From Clostridia bacterium (GTDB lineage Bacteria > Bacillota > Clostridia > UBA1381): a DNA stretch of 64,000 nucleotides. The first letter of the stretch is position 1, and each line of letters begins with the position of its first letter. Under the pieces are notes generated by a model that saw only the letters and a program-made list of their open reading frames with translations, was not told the DNA's origin and ran no database searches. The stretch lies in contig JAFSXU010000053.1 in NCBI GenBank assembly GCA_017443895.1, forward strand, positions 40,802-104,801. The letters are read 5' to 3'. A program made the translations under genes and the position numbers. This document shows positions 17,776 through 26,536 of the stretch, in pieces.

Positions 17776-19005
17776 TTAGTTGTATTTTTTAACTATTACA
17801 GACGAGTTTTGTCCGCCAAATCCAAACGCATTTGACATAGCGGCAGTTATATCTTTCTTAACCGCCTTATTCGGTGTGCAGTTTAAATCACATTCGGGAT
17901 CGGGTGTTACATAATTTATGGTCGGCGGTATAATGCCGTTCCTTACCGCCATTACGCACGCAATCGTTTCCGTTACTCCGCCTGCGCCCATAAGGTGACC
18001 TGTTGAGCTTTTGGTTGAGCTTATGAGAATATCGTGAGCCTTTTGACCAAACACCGATTTTATAGCCTTTGTCTCAATAATATCACCGCTGTGCGTTGAT
18101 GTTCCGTGTGTATTGATATACCCGATTTCGTCTTTTTGGATATTTGCCTTTAACATGGCATCTTCCATACATTTTATTGCACCTATGCCGTCAGGGTGCG
18201 GTGCTGTTACATGATGGCCGTCTGTATTATTTGCATAGCCTGCGATATAGGCATAAATTTTTGCACCGCGCCTTTTTGCGTGTTCCTCTGTTTCAATAAC
18301 CAAGGCTCCGCCGCCCTCGCCCATTACAAAGCCTGTTCGGTTCAGGTCAAACGGACGACAGGCAGTTTCGGGGTGTTCATTATCGCAAGATAATGCCTTT
18401 GCCATTGCAAGACCGCTCATAATCGTTGGATCAAGCGATGCGTCCGCACCAACGGCTATCATTGCCTCCGACGCGCCCGACTCTATAAACATACAAGCAA
18501 GGCTTATAGCATCCGCGCCCGATGAGCAGGCTGTGTTTATCGTCATTGAGGGGCCTGTTATATTATTTGCAATCGCAATCTGTGCCGCACCGATATTGCC
18601 TATATATTTGGGTACAAACCTCGGACTGATTTTTTTTACAGTGCCGTTTTCATAGTCACGAACCGTCTGCGTTACGGTTGTAATACCGTTCATGGCAGTA
18701 CCCAAAACTATACCCGTATTCCCCGGTTCTATCTCAATTTCACTATCCGCTATTGCCTCAGCTGCCGCCGCAAATGCGTATTGCATAAACAAATCAAGCT
18801 CACGGGTGAGCTTCTTTGGCATATAGTCCTCTGCATTAAAGCCCTTTACCTCTGCGCCGATTTTTACAGGCAGGTCGGTTGTGTCAAACCTGGTTAAAAG
18901 TCCTATTCCGTTTTTTCCATCTATCAAATTATTCCAGTATTCGTCTACGCCCATTCCTATCGGTGTTACAGCACCCATACCGGTTATAACTAACTTTTTA
19001 CTCAT
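17776..19005 (-). CDS. fabF: beta-ketoacyl-ACP synthase II
   Basis: Cys-His-His triad contexts NTACSSG, HHVTAPHP, NTHGTST and C-terminal FGFGGQN. Confidence 0.92.
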   Translation of the reverse strand: MSKKLVITGMGAVTPIGMGVDEYWNNLIDGKNGIGLLTRFDTTDLPVKIGAEVKGFNAEDYMPKKLTRELDLFMQYAFAAAAEAIADSEIEIEPGNTGIVLGTAMNGITTVTQTVRDYENGTVKKISPRFVPKYIGNIGAAQIAIANNITGPSMTINTACSSGADAISLACMFIESGASEAMIAVGADASLDPTIMSGLAMAKALSCDNEHPETACRPFDLNRTGFVMGEGGGALVIETEEHAKRRGAKIYAYIAGYANNTDGHHVTAPHPDGIGAIKCMEDAMLKANIQKDEIGYINTHGTSTHSGDIIETKAIKSVFGQKAHDILISSTKSSTGHLMGAGGVTETIACVMAVRNGIIPPTINYVTPDPECDLNCTPNKAVKKDITAAMSNAFGFGGQNSSVIVKKYN

Positions 19006-19176
19006 AAATTTGTTCTCCTTAACAAAAATATCACATTATACTATATCACAAATTTATATTTTTTGCAATACAACTTATGCCGATTTTTCGGTATAATGTT
19101 TGCAAAAGGCAAAAATGCTTGATTTTGCCCTGTTTTTATGTTAGAATTTAGTTAGTAATTTTTTGGAGGAAGATAT

Positions 19177-20019
19177 ATGTCAGCAGGCGTTAAGATATTA
19201 AAAGCTGTTAATCGCCTTTTCCCGTTACCGGTGCATCCGTTTAATATGCAGCTTGACGGCAAAAAATCGTATGCTATGTGGCAGTATGAAAAGGGCGATG
19301 TTACGATACAGAATTATTTAAGATATACAAATATGGACGAGATGTTCCGTGACAAGGTAGTGCTTGATATCGGCTGCGGTGCAGGCGGAAAATCACTGTA
19401 CTATGCATCTCACGGCGCAAAAAAGGTTGTCGGTCTTGAAATTCTTGAAAAGTATAAGGACGAGGCATACGCACTTGCAAAGGAATTAAATATAGATAAC
19501 TTTGAGTTTGTTGCGGCAGATGCGGCAAATACTCCATTTGAGGACAACTCTTTTGACTGCATTATAATGAACGACGCTATGGAGCATGTAGCCCGTCCCG
19601 AGGCGGTACTCAATGAAATGTACAGGATTTTATCACCAGGCGGAAAGCTGTATGTAAACTTTCCTCCGTATAACCACCCATTCGGCGCGCATTTAAGCGA
19701 TGCCATTGCAATACCTTGGGTGCATGTATTTTTCTCGGACAAGACCTTGATTGAGGGATACAAGGACTTGGTTAAGGATGTGCCTGACGGTGCAGACCGT
19801 GTAAAGTTCCGTATAAGCAAGGACGAAAACGGAAACGAGTATTTTTCATATATCAATAAAATGACGATAAAGAGATTTACAAATATTAAAAAGAATGTGA
19901 AGCTAAAAATTGTGCATTATGAGGAAATTCCGCTCCGTTCATTCTTTAAACCGCTGTGCCATGGCATTGGCAGGGAATATTTTGTAAAAATGGTTGTATG
20001 CATATTTGAAAAGGAATAA
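19177..20019 (+). CDS. class I SAM-dependent methyltransferase
   Basis: Motif I VLDIGCGAGG and motif post-II IIMNDAMEH. GGAGG RBS. Confidence 0.85.
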   Translation: MSAGVKILKAVNRLFPLPVHPFNMQLDGKKSYAMWQYEKGDVTIQNYLRYTNMDEMFRDKVVLDIGCGAGGKSLYYASHGAKKVVGLEILEKYKDEAYALAKELNIDNFEFVAADAANTPFEDNSFDCIIMNDAMEHVARPEAVLNEMYRILSPGGKLYVNFPPYNHPFGAHLSDAIAIPWVHVFFSDKTLIEGYKDLVKDVPDGADRVKFRISKDENGNEYFSYINKMTIKRFTNIKKNVKLKIVHYEEIPLRSFFKPLCHGIGREYFVKMVVCIFEKE

Positions 20020-20024
20020 AGTAA

Positions 20025-20053
20025 TTGACATACAATTTAAAATGATATATAAT
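20025..20053 (+). promoter_or_regulatory. consensus sigma-A promoter (TTGACA-17-TATAAT) with no ORF downstream
   Basis: TTGACAtacaatttaaaatgataTATAAT, read directly from the sequence. Confidence 0.6.
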
Positions 20054-20059
20054 AATAGT

Positions 20060-20148
20060 AGAAAAGGCAAGACCTTCAAACGGTCATGCCACAGTAATGT
20101 CAACAAAGTGACCGTACTTTAGCAGGGGCGGTCACTTTGCTTTTGTTG
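20060..20148 (+). ncRNA. candidate ~85-nt sRNA (5' hairpin, single-stranded tract, intrinsic terminator)
   Basis: Hairpin GGCAAGACC/GGTCATGCC, then terminator GTGACCG/CGGTCAC followed by TTTGCTTTTGTT. No ORF longer than 3 codons. Confidence 0.4.
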
Positions 20149-20217
20149 CAAAAACTACAAGGATTATTGCAATAACGAGCAACATTATAGCTATTCGTAA
20201 AAAATATCTACCGGCGT

Positions 20218-20366
20218 TAAATTTTGGTTTAGCGGTGTATTAACCCAATGTATTGTAGGGCAGGGGCTTGCTCCTGCCGTATCCCCGACAACGCATATTA
20301 GGAACGGCAGGAGCAAGCCCCTGCCCTACAAATTGTGATCCCCATTTACACCGCTAAACCAAAATT
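20218..20366. repeat. MITE/REP-like palindromic element, copy 1 (149 bp)
   Basis: Terminal inverted repeats AAATTTTGGTTTAGCGGTGT/ACACCGCTAAACCAAAATT. Inner 27-bp arms TGTAGGGCAGGGGCTTGCTCCTGCCGT/ACGGCAGGAGCAAGCCCCTGCCCTACA. Confidence 0.85.
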
Positions 20367-20429
20367 CATATTGCAGTTGAACAAGGGCTGTGTGCATAAA
20401 AATGCAGACAGCCCTTTTATATTGATTTA

Positions 20430-20975
20430 TCACTTTTGTTCTACCGATGTGCTTTCGTCTATAACGGGTGCCGGCATTTGCTCTTCAAATTTTGAAACGG
20501 CAATTCTTGCCAGGGTTAAGAGCTGATTTTTCTGGTTTTCATCAGCGCCCGAGCCTGCTGTTATCTTGATATAACAGCCTCTGTCATAAATATTTATAGA
20601 CGGATATGCAACAAATGCCGTTTCGCCAAGCTCCGGTATTTCCTCAGCCGATGACCTTAATGCTCTTGCGGTGTCATAGGCATAGAATACTACCTCAGGA
20701 GTTATATCGTCTGTATACTGCGTAATCTCAATAGAAACAGGGTCCTGTCCTATCGGATCGCTTAAATACAAAGCCTTGCTATAGTTACCGTCAGTAGTTA
20801 TTGCTCCGCCGTCTAAAACAGGCTGGTAGCCTGTTGCCAACGCAACATCGTCAATCGTTAAAAGTGTTGACGGGTCAATGGTCGGAACGGGTTCCTTTGT
20901 TTCGGTTTTACCGCCACACGAGCAAAGTGCAAGTATGGTAACAAATACAGCTAAAAATAAAGATATTTTTTTCAT
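20430..20975 (-). CDS. lipoprotein of unknown function
   Basis: Lipobox MKKISLFLAVFVTILALCSC|GG. Confidence 0.7.
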   Translation of the reverse strand: MKKISLFLAVFVTILALCSCGGKTETKEPVPTIDPSTLLTIDDVALATGYQPVLDGGAITTDGNYSKALYLSDPIGQDPVSIEITQYTDDITPEVVFYAYDTARALRSSAEEIPELGETAFVAYPSINIYDRGCYIKITAGSGADENQKNQLLTLARIAVSKFEEQMPAPVIDESTSVEQK

Positions 20976-21061
20976 TTTTATAACCGTTTAATCCTTTCTA
21001 AGCTAATGTTTAACTTTATCAAACGCACCATATTTTGTTTGAGGGAAATACGCTAAGCAGG

Positions 21062-21128
21062 TTGTGCATTTGAACCACGCCGATGTATGTGTATACCTCA
21101 AGTGGTGAAAATGTGCAAGATGCAACGC
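21062..21128. repeat. terminator-like palindromic element, copy B
   Basis: Stem TTGTGCATTTGAACCAC/GTGGTGAAAATGTGCAA with the same loop core GTATGTGTATAC...AGTGGTGAA as copy A, then a T7 run. Confidence 0.6.
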
Positions 21129-21143
21129 ACATTTTTTTCAAAC

Positions 21144-22079
21144 TTATTTTTTAAGTTTTATAGCCTCTTTTACATTCTTAACTATGTTCTCTGCCGTCAA
21201 GCCATATGCTTCAAACAGTTCCGCAGGCTTACCCGACTGTCCGAACTCCTCTGTACCGATAATCTTTACAGGGCATGGTGCATTTTTACAAACAACCTCT
21301 GCAACTGCCGAGCCAAGACCGCCCATGATATAGTGCTCCTCCGCTGTTACGATAGCGCCTGTTTCCTTTGCGGCTGCTGTTATAATCTCCTCATCAAGCG
21401 GTTTAATGGTATGGATATTTATAACTCTTGCCGAAATCCCTTCATCCTCTAATATCTTTGCGGCTTTTAATGCCTCCTGCACCAAAAGACCTGTAGCAAC
21501 GATTGTTGCATCCTTACCGTCACGGAGCATTACGCCCTTACCAAGCTCAAATTTATAGTCATCATCATATAAATCATCAACCGCAAGTCTGCCAAATCTC
21601 ATATATACAGGGCCTTGGTGTTCAATTGCCGCTTTAACCGCAAGCTGTGCCTCCCTGTCATCGGCAGGGTTTATGATAACCATGCCCGGAATTGTACGCA
21701 TAAGCGCAATATCTTCAAGACACTGATGTGATGCGCCGTCCTCACCTACGGAAATTCCTGCGTGAGTAGCGCCTATCTTAACATTGAGTCCCGGATATCC
21801 GATTGAGTTTCTTATCTGTTCAAATGCTCTGCCTGCCGCAAACATTGCAAATGTTGATGCAAATGCAATCTTACCGCAGGTTGCAAGTCCTGCCGCAACG
21901 CACATCATATCCGCCTCGGCAATACCCATATTTATAAATCTTTCGGGGCATACCTTTTTAAATGTGTCCGTCTTTGTTGATTTTGAAAGGTCTGCGTCTA
22001 ATACGACAACATTTTCGTTTGGAACACCGTATTTAACAAGTGCTTCTCCATATGATACTCTTGTAGCTACCTTTGCCAT
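21144..22079 (-). CDS. transketolase, C-terminal (pyrimidine-binding) subunit
   Basis: Split-transketolase C-terminal half (FINMGIAEADMM..., GATHAGISVGEDGASHQ). Confidence 0.93.
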   Translation of the reverse strand: MAKVATRVSYGEALVKYGVPNENVVVLDADLSKSTKTDTFKKVCPERFINMGIAEADMMCVAAGLATCGKIAFASTFAMFAAGRAFEQIRNSIGYPGLNVKIGATHAGISVGEDGASHQCLEDIALMRTIPGMVIINPADDREAQLAVKAAIEHQGPVYMRFGRLAVDDLYDDDYKFELGKGVMLRDGKDATIVATGLLVQEALKAAKILEDEGISARVINIHTIKPLDEEIITAAAKETGAIVTAEEHYIMGGLGSAVAEVVCKNAPCPVKIIGTEEFGQSGKPAELFEAYGLTAENIVKNVKEAIKLKK

Positions 22080-22927
22080 TATAACTGTGCCTCCAATCCT
22101 TTGATAATCTCGTCAAGCTCGGAAATTGCCTGATTATACTGCTCCTCGTTTGGCGCAGAACCGTGCCATGCAGGATTATTCTCCATAAACGATACATTCT
22201 TACCCTTTACAGATTTCATAATAACCGCTGTCGGCTTACCCTTTGTAGCCTTTGCCTCGTTAATTGCCGATTCAATCTCGTTGTAGTTATGTGCGTCAAT
22301 CACGATTACATGCCAGCCAAATGCCTCAAACTTCTTATCAATCGGTGTCGGGTTCATTACCTTTGTAATGTCGCCGTCAATCTGCAAGCCGTTATTGTCA
22401 ACAAATATTGTCATATTATCAAGTTTATAGTGGGGCGCAAACATTGCCTGCTCCCAAACCTGACCTTCTTCAAGCTCGCCGTCGCCTAAGATTGAATATA
22501 CTCTGTATGATTTATTATCAAGCTTTGCCGCAAGCGCCATACCGCCTGCCACACATACGCCCTGACCTAATGAGCCTGTTGACATATCAACGCCGGGGAT
22601 CTTGCCAAGAACAGGATGTCCCTGCAGGAAACTTCCAAACTTTCTTAAATTTTTCATTTCGGCAGGATCGAAAAATCCTCTCTCTGCCAGCACTCCGTAG
22701 AGTGCAGGTGCGGTGTGTCCCTTTGACAAAACAAGCCTGTCCCTATCCTCCATTGTTGGGTTCTTCGGGTCAATGTTCATCTCTTCAAAATAGAGATATG
22801 TAAGCAAATCTGCTATTGACAATGAACCGCCCGGATGTCCTGCCGCCGCACTATACACGCCTGTCAAAGCATCTTTTCTTACTTTGTTGGCGATAATAGA
22901 TAACTCGGTTATTCTTTTTGCGTCCAT
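22079..22927 (-). CDS. transketolase, N-terminal (TPP-binding) subunit
   Basis: GHPGGSLS, LSKGH and GDGELEEGQVWE motifs. 1-nt overlap with the C-terminal subunit gene. Confidence 0.93.
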   Translation of the reverse strand: MDAKRITELSIIANKVRKDALTGVYSAAAGHPGGSLSIADLLTYLYFEEMNIDPKNPTMEDRDRLVLSKGHTAPALYGVLAERGFFDPAEMKNLRKFGSFLQGHPVLGKIPGVDMSTGSLGQGVCVAGGMALAAKLDNKSYRVYSILGDGELEEGQVWEQAMFAPHYKLDNMTIFVDNNGLQIDGDITKVMNPTPIDKKFEAFGWHVIVIDAHNYNEIESAINEAKATKGKPTAVIMKSVKGKNVSFMENNPAWHGSAPNEEQYNQAISELDEIIKGLEAQL

Positions 22928-22966
22928 GTTTTATCCTCCACATTTTTATATTTATGCTAACGCATT

Positions 22967-23386
22967 TTAAACTGTATCAATGGCGTTTATAAACGCCTTG
23001 TCCATAATAAATTCAAGCCGTTCCACATCTCCCATAAGGTATAAATACCCCATAAGTGCCTCAAAGCCTGTGGCTCTGTGGTAATCGCCAAGGTTGGCGT
23101 TTTTCGGCACGGTATACGACTTTGCATTTCGCCCACGCCGAAATACTGCTATCTCATCATCGGTAAGTATTTCCATTATGGCATTTATGCTGTTACTCTG
23201 TGCATGAGCCTTTACATATTTTACCGTCTGCAAATGCAGTTTATGTGCCGGCATTGTAGGATGTTCATGGATTACCCTGTTTCTTACATACAGCTCATAC
23301 ACCGCATCGCCCAGATGCGCCAAAGACAGGGGCGCTAACTGTGACGGGTTTTCATTTGCTTCATTCATTACTCGATATAACTCCAC
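22967..23386 (-). CDS. mrnC: mini-ribonuclease III
   Basis: [14 protein letters not shown] motif, 139 aa, in the conserved position downstream of cysS. Confidence 0.88.
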   Translation of the reverse strand: MELYRVMNEANENPSQLAPLSLAHLGDAVYELYVRNRVIHEHPTMPAHKLHLQTVKYVKAHAQSNSINAIMEILTDDEIAVFRRGRNAKSYTVPKNANLGDYHRATGFEALMGYLYLMGDVERLEFIMDKAFINAIDTV

Positions 23387-24777
23387 TGAACACCTGTAGG
23401 CGTGTCTTTTAACACGATGTTCATTTCCTTTAACTTATCACGGATTTCATCGGCTCTTGCCCAATTCTTGTTTGCTCTTGCCTCGTTCCGCTCCTCGATA
23501 AGCTTTTCTATCTCATCATCAAGGGTTTTATCAACCTTTTTTTCAAACAAGCCCAATACTCCGCCAAGCTCATGGATAAGATCCCTACCCTTGTTTATAA
23601 TAGCTGTTGCATTTTTATCGGTGTCTGAAAGTCCTGTGTTTAATGCGTATACAATTTCAAAAATTGCAGAAATCGCATCTGCGGTATTTAAGTCATCGTC
23701 CATTGCGGAAATGAATTTTTGCTTGCAATCATCAAGTTTTTTTGAAAGCTCAATGTCTTTTTCCGTAAGCTCCCTATCCTCTGCATTGTTAAGCAGGAAA
23801 TCCAGTCTTTCAAGGCATACATAAACCCTTTCAACAGACGATTTTGCCGACTCCATCAGCTTATCGGAGAAGTTTATCGGGTTTCTGTAATGAGCGCTCA
23901 GCATGAAAAATCTGATTACCTCGCTGTCGTAATGCTCTCTGATATCACGAACAGTCTTGAAATTGCCAAGCGACTTACTCATTTTCTTATTATCAATATT
24001 TATATAACCGTTATGCATCCAGTAATTTGCAAACGGCTTTCCGTTTGCCGCCTCACTCTGGGCAATCTCGTTTTCATGGTGCGGGAAAATCAAGTCCTGA
24101 CCGCCCGAATGAATATCAATCGTTTCGCCAAGGTATTTATTTGCCATTGCACTGCACTCAATATGCCAGCCCGGTCTTCCCATACCCCATGGGCTTTCCC
24201 ATGCAGGCTCGCCCTCTTTTTGCTTCTTCCACAGCGCAAAATCCATGGGATCTCTTTTCTCGTCGCCCACTTCTATTCTTGCGCCTGCCTCCAAATCCTC
24301 TAACGGCTGTTTTGAAAGCTTGCCGTATTCCTTGAATTTCTTGGTTGCAAAATATACATTGCCGTCAACATTATATGCGTATCCGTTATCAATCAGCTTC
24401 TTTACTATGTCAATTATTTCGTCAATGTGCTCCGTTGCTTTTGGGTGCACGGTTGCCTCATGTATTCCCAAAGCGTGCGAATCGGTAAAATACTCGTTTA
24501 TAAATTTCTCGCCAAGCTCCTTTACCGTTATCCCCTCACGGTTTGCACGGTTTATCATTTTATCGTCAATATCTGTAAAGTTCTGAACAAATTTTACCTT
24601 ATAGCCCGAATACTCCAAATATCTGCGCATTGTGTCAAATACAATAAACGGACGGGCATTACCGATATGAAAATAATCATATACGGTAGGTCCGCAGGAG
24701 TACATCTTTACCTCTGTAGGGTCAATAGGTACAAACTCTTCCTTTTTCCTTGTGATTGTATTATAAATCTTCATCAA
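23368..24777 (-). CDS. cysS: cysteine--tRNA ligase
   Basis: [16 protein letters not shown] (HIGH) and KMSKS motifs. Confidence 0.97.
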   Translation of the reverse strand: MMKIYNTITRKKEEFVPIDPTEVKMYSCGPTVYDYFHIGNARPFIVFDTMRRYLEYSGYKVKFVQNFTDIDDKMINRANREGITVKELGEKFINEYFTDSHALGIHEATVHPKATEHIDEIIDIVKKLIDNGYAYNVDGNVYFATKKFKEYGKLSKQPLEDLEAGARIEVGDEKRDPMDFALWKKQKEGEPAWESPWGMGRPGWHIECSAMANKYLGETIDIHSGGQDLIFPHHENEIAQSEAANGKPFANYWMHNGYINIDNKKMSKSLGNFKTVRDIREHYDSEVIRFFMLSAHYRNPINFSDKLMESAKSSVERVYVCLERLDFLLNNAEDRELTEKDIELSKKLDDCKQKFISAMDDDLNTADAISAIFEIVYALNTGLSDTDKNATAIINKGRDLIHELGGVLGLFEKKVDKTLDDEIEKLIEERNEARANKNWARADEIRDKLKEMNIVLKDTPTGVQWSYIE

Positions 24778-24887
24778 TCATACCTCTTTTTGTCATAAAC
24801 TTCCTACATATAAGTATAACGCAAAACACAACAAAATACAACCTCTAATTTATCTGTTAAAATGTACAAAAATAACCCTTTTGAGCA

Positions 24888-24918
24888 TAAAAAAAGTGAT
24901 GCTATTTAACATCACTTT
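24888..24918 (-). terminator. intrinsic terminator of the SPOCS/LysM gene
   Basis: Stem AAAGTGATG/CATCACTTT followed by a T-run on the minus strand. Confidence 0.7.
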
Positions 24919-24926
24919 AAGTATGG

Positions 24927-26462
24927 TTATCTTGCCGATACAAATATCCTCTCGCCTGCCCTTAATTTATCTTGGTTATCAATATTATTATACCTTAGTA
25001 TATTATCCACAGGCACGGAATACCGCTTTGCAATATCCCAAACGCTGTCGCCTTTTTTGGTAAAATATATAACGATATTTGCGCCGTTATTTTCCATATC
25101 GGTATCTGTTATATCGTCTATGAGGCTTATTTCATTATTTCTTACAATATCGGCGCTGATATTTAAAATACACCTTAGCTCTATCTCGCCTGCGGCGTTT
25201 AGTGTATAGCCCGAATGTTTTATCTCAACCCTTGGATTTATCACAAGATCATCACCCGATACATTTACATCAATCGCAACGGTATAGGGCATCTCATGGT
25301 GCAGGCTGTAGACAGGATTTTCACTGTTTTCCGATAAGTAGAGAATATACGCATCAATCTTACCCTCGCAGATAAGTCTGCCTCCCACTATATCGGTTTT
25401 TGAAACAACAGGCGTCATAACCACATTATATACGCTTTTTACCCTCGGCACACCGTCGGGAAAATCCACAATATCACGGATTGTATTCTGCTCCTCAACA
25501 CTCAGTACATTTTCTTCAATTGTTATATCCTCGCTCTTTATTTCGGTATTTTTGCCCGGTATATAGCAGTCGGATATTACATTTATCTCCTCGTTTCTGC
25601 TTGCCTTTACCCCTGCCATAATGTCAATGCTCAGTTTTATATCACGCATATCGCCGTCCGAATTTTCGCCTGCCTCACAGGACGAATCAATGACCGAATA
25701 CCAAACATCACAGTCCATATTATCAAGCGTGCTCTCGCTCTCAACTATTTCCGTAAACGGCATTTCATTTTCCGTATGCTCAATTTCGCCGTTATCGGCA
25801 AGATACAGCACGCATACATTTACTATGCCCTTTAATATAATTCTTCCCGATATTGTTTTATACTCGGTATCGGTTATTTCAACATCGGTTTTTAAAATAT
25901 CGCTTACATCGTTTTGACCTGCTAAAAGTGAAATATCCTCGTTCATCACAAATTCATGGTCGCATATGTCATAGACATTTTTCATTTTTACCGATTCGGT
26001 TTTGACCTCAATATTATCGTCCTCAACGCCCGTTGCGACATCGACATTTTTTATTTCGATAACCTCATATGTAAGGCACAGCACATTTTTAATATGTATC
26101 TTACGGCTGTTTATTATGTTAAAGTCAACCCTTGTAACATCAGCCGATGCAATAATGTTCATGCCCTCTTCCACGCCTGATACATTCACGGTTTCAGAAA
26201 AATCAAAGCTTGAATTTATTGAGGCGATATTTTGACTATCGCTGTCGGGGATATATAAAATAGTAAGGCAAACCTTTCCCGAAAGACTTATTTTATTGTC
26301 ACGCACAACCTTATCCGTTATGCACGCCTTTGAGTCCACCTGTACCACCTTTAAAATATCGGGTTTTTTATCGGGTACTATTATATTCCCGTCACATACG
26401 GTATCTGTTTTGCCCTTTGCAACGGTTTGACTTATATTTATATTCTCGCTCATAATTTCCAT
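24927..26462 (-). CDS. SPOCS (DUF3794) repeat protein with C-terminal LysM domain (SpoVID/SafA-like spore-coat morphogenesis type)
   Basis: Repeated DUF3794-like beta modules. C-terminal LysM YFTKKGDSVWDIAKRYSVPVDNILRYNNI. Confidence 0.7.
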   Translation of the reverse strand: MEIMSENINISQTVAKGKTDTVCDGNIIVPDKKPDILKVVQVDSKACITDKVVRDNKISLSGKVCLTILYIPDSDSQNIASINSSFDFSETVNVSGVEEGMNIIASADVTRVDFNIINSRKIHIKNVLCLTYEVIEIKNVDVATGVEDDNIEVKTESVKMKNVYDICDHEFVMNEDISLLAGQNDVSDILKTDVEITDTEYKTISGRIILKGIVNVCVLYLADNGEIEHTENEMPFTEIVESESTLDNMDCDVWYSVIDSSCEAGENSDGDMRDIKLSIDIMAGVKASRNEEINVISDCYIPGKNTEIKSEDITIEENVLSVEEQNTIRDIVDFPDGVPRVKSVYNVVMTPVVSKTDIVGGRLICEGKIDAYILYLSENSENPVYSLHHEMPYTVAIDVNVSGDDLVINPRVEIKHSGYTLNAAGEIELRCILNISADIVRNNEISLIDDITDTDMENNGANIVIYFTKKGDSVWDIAKRYSVPVDNILRYNNIDNQDKLRAGERIFVSAR

Positions 26463-26479
26463 AATGTTTTGTCCTCCAT

Positions 26480-26517
26480 AAAAAAATAATCTTCACAGTA
26501 AATACTATGAAGATTAT
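26480..26517 (-). terminator. intrinsic terminator of rhaB
   Basis: Stem ATAATCTTCA/TGAAGATTAT followed by a T-run on the minus strand. Confidence 0.7.
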
Positions 26518-26536
26518 TTTACCTTTATGAATTTAA

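Noticed and set aside
24778-24926. Expected T-box leader upstream of cysS.
   Set aside because: Only ~110 nt lie between the upstream terminator and the start codon. There is no T-box sequence, specifier stem or antiterminator.
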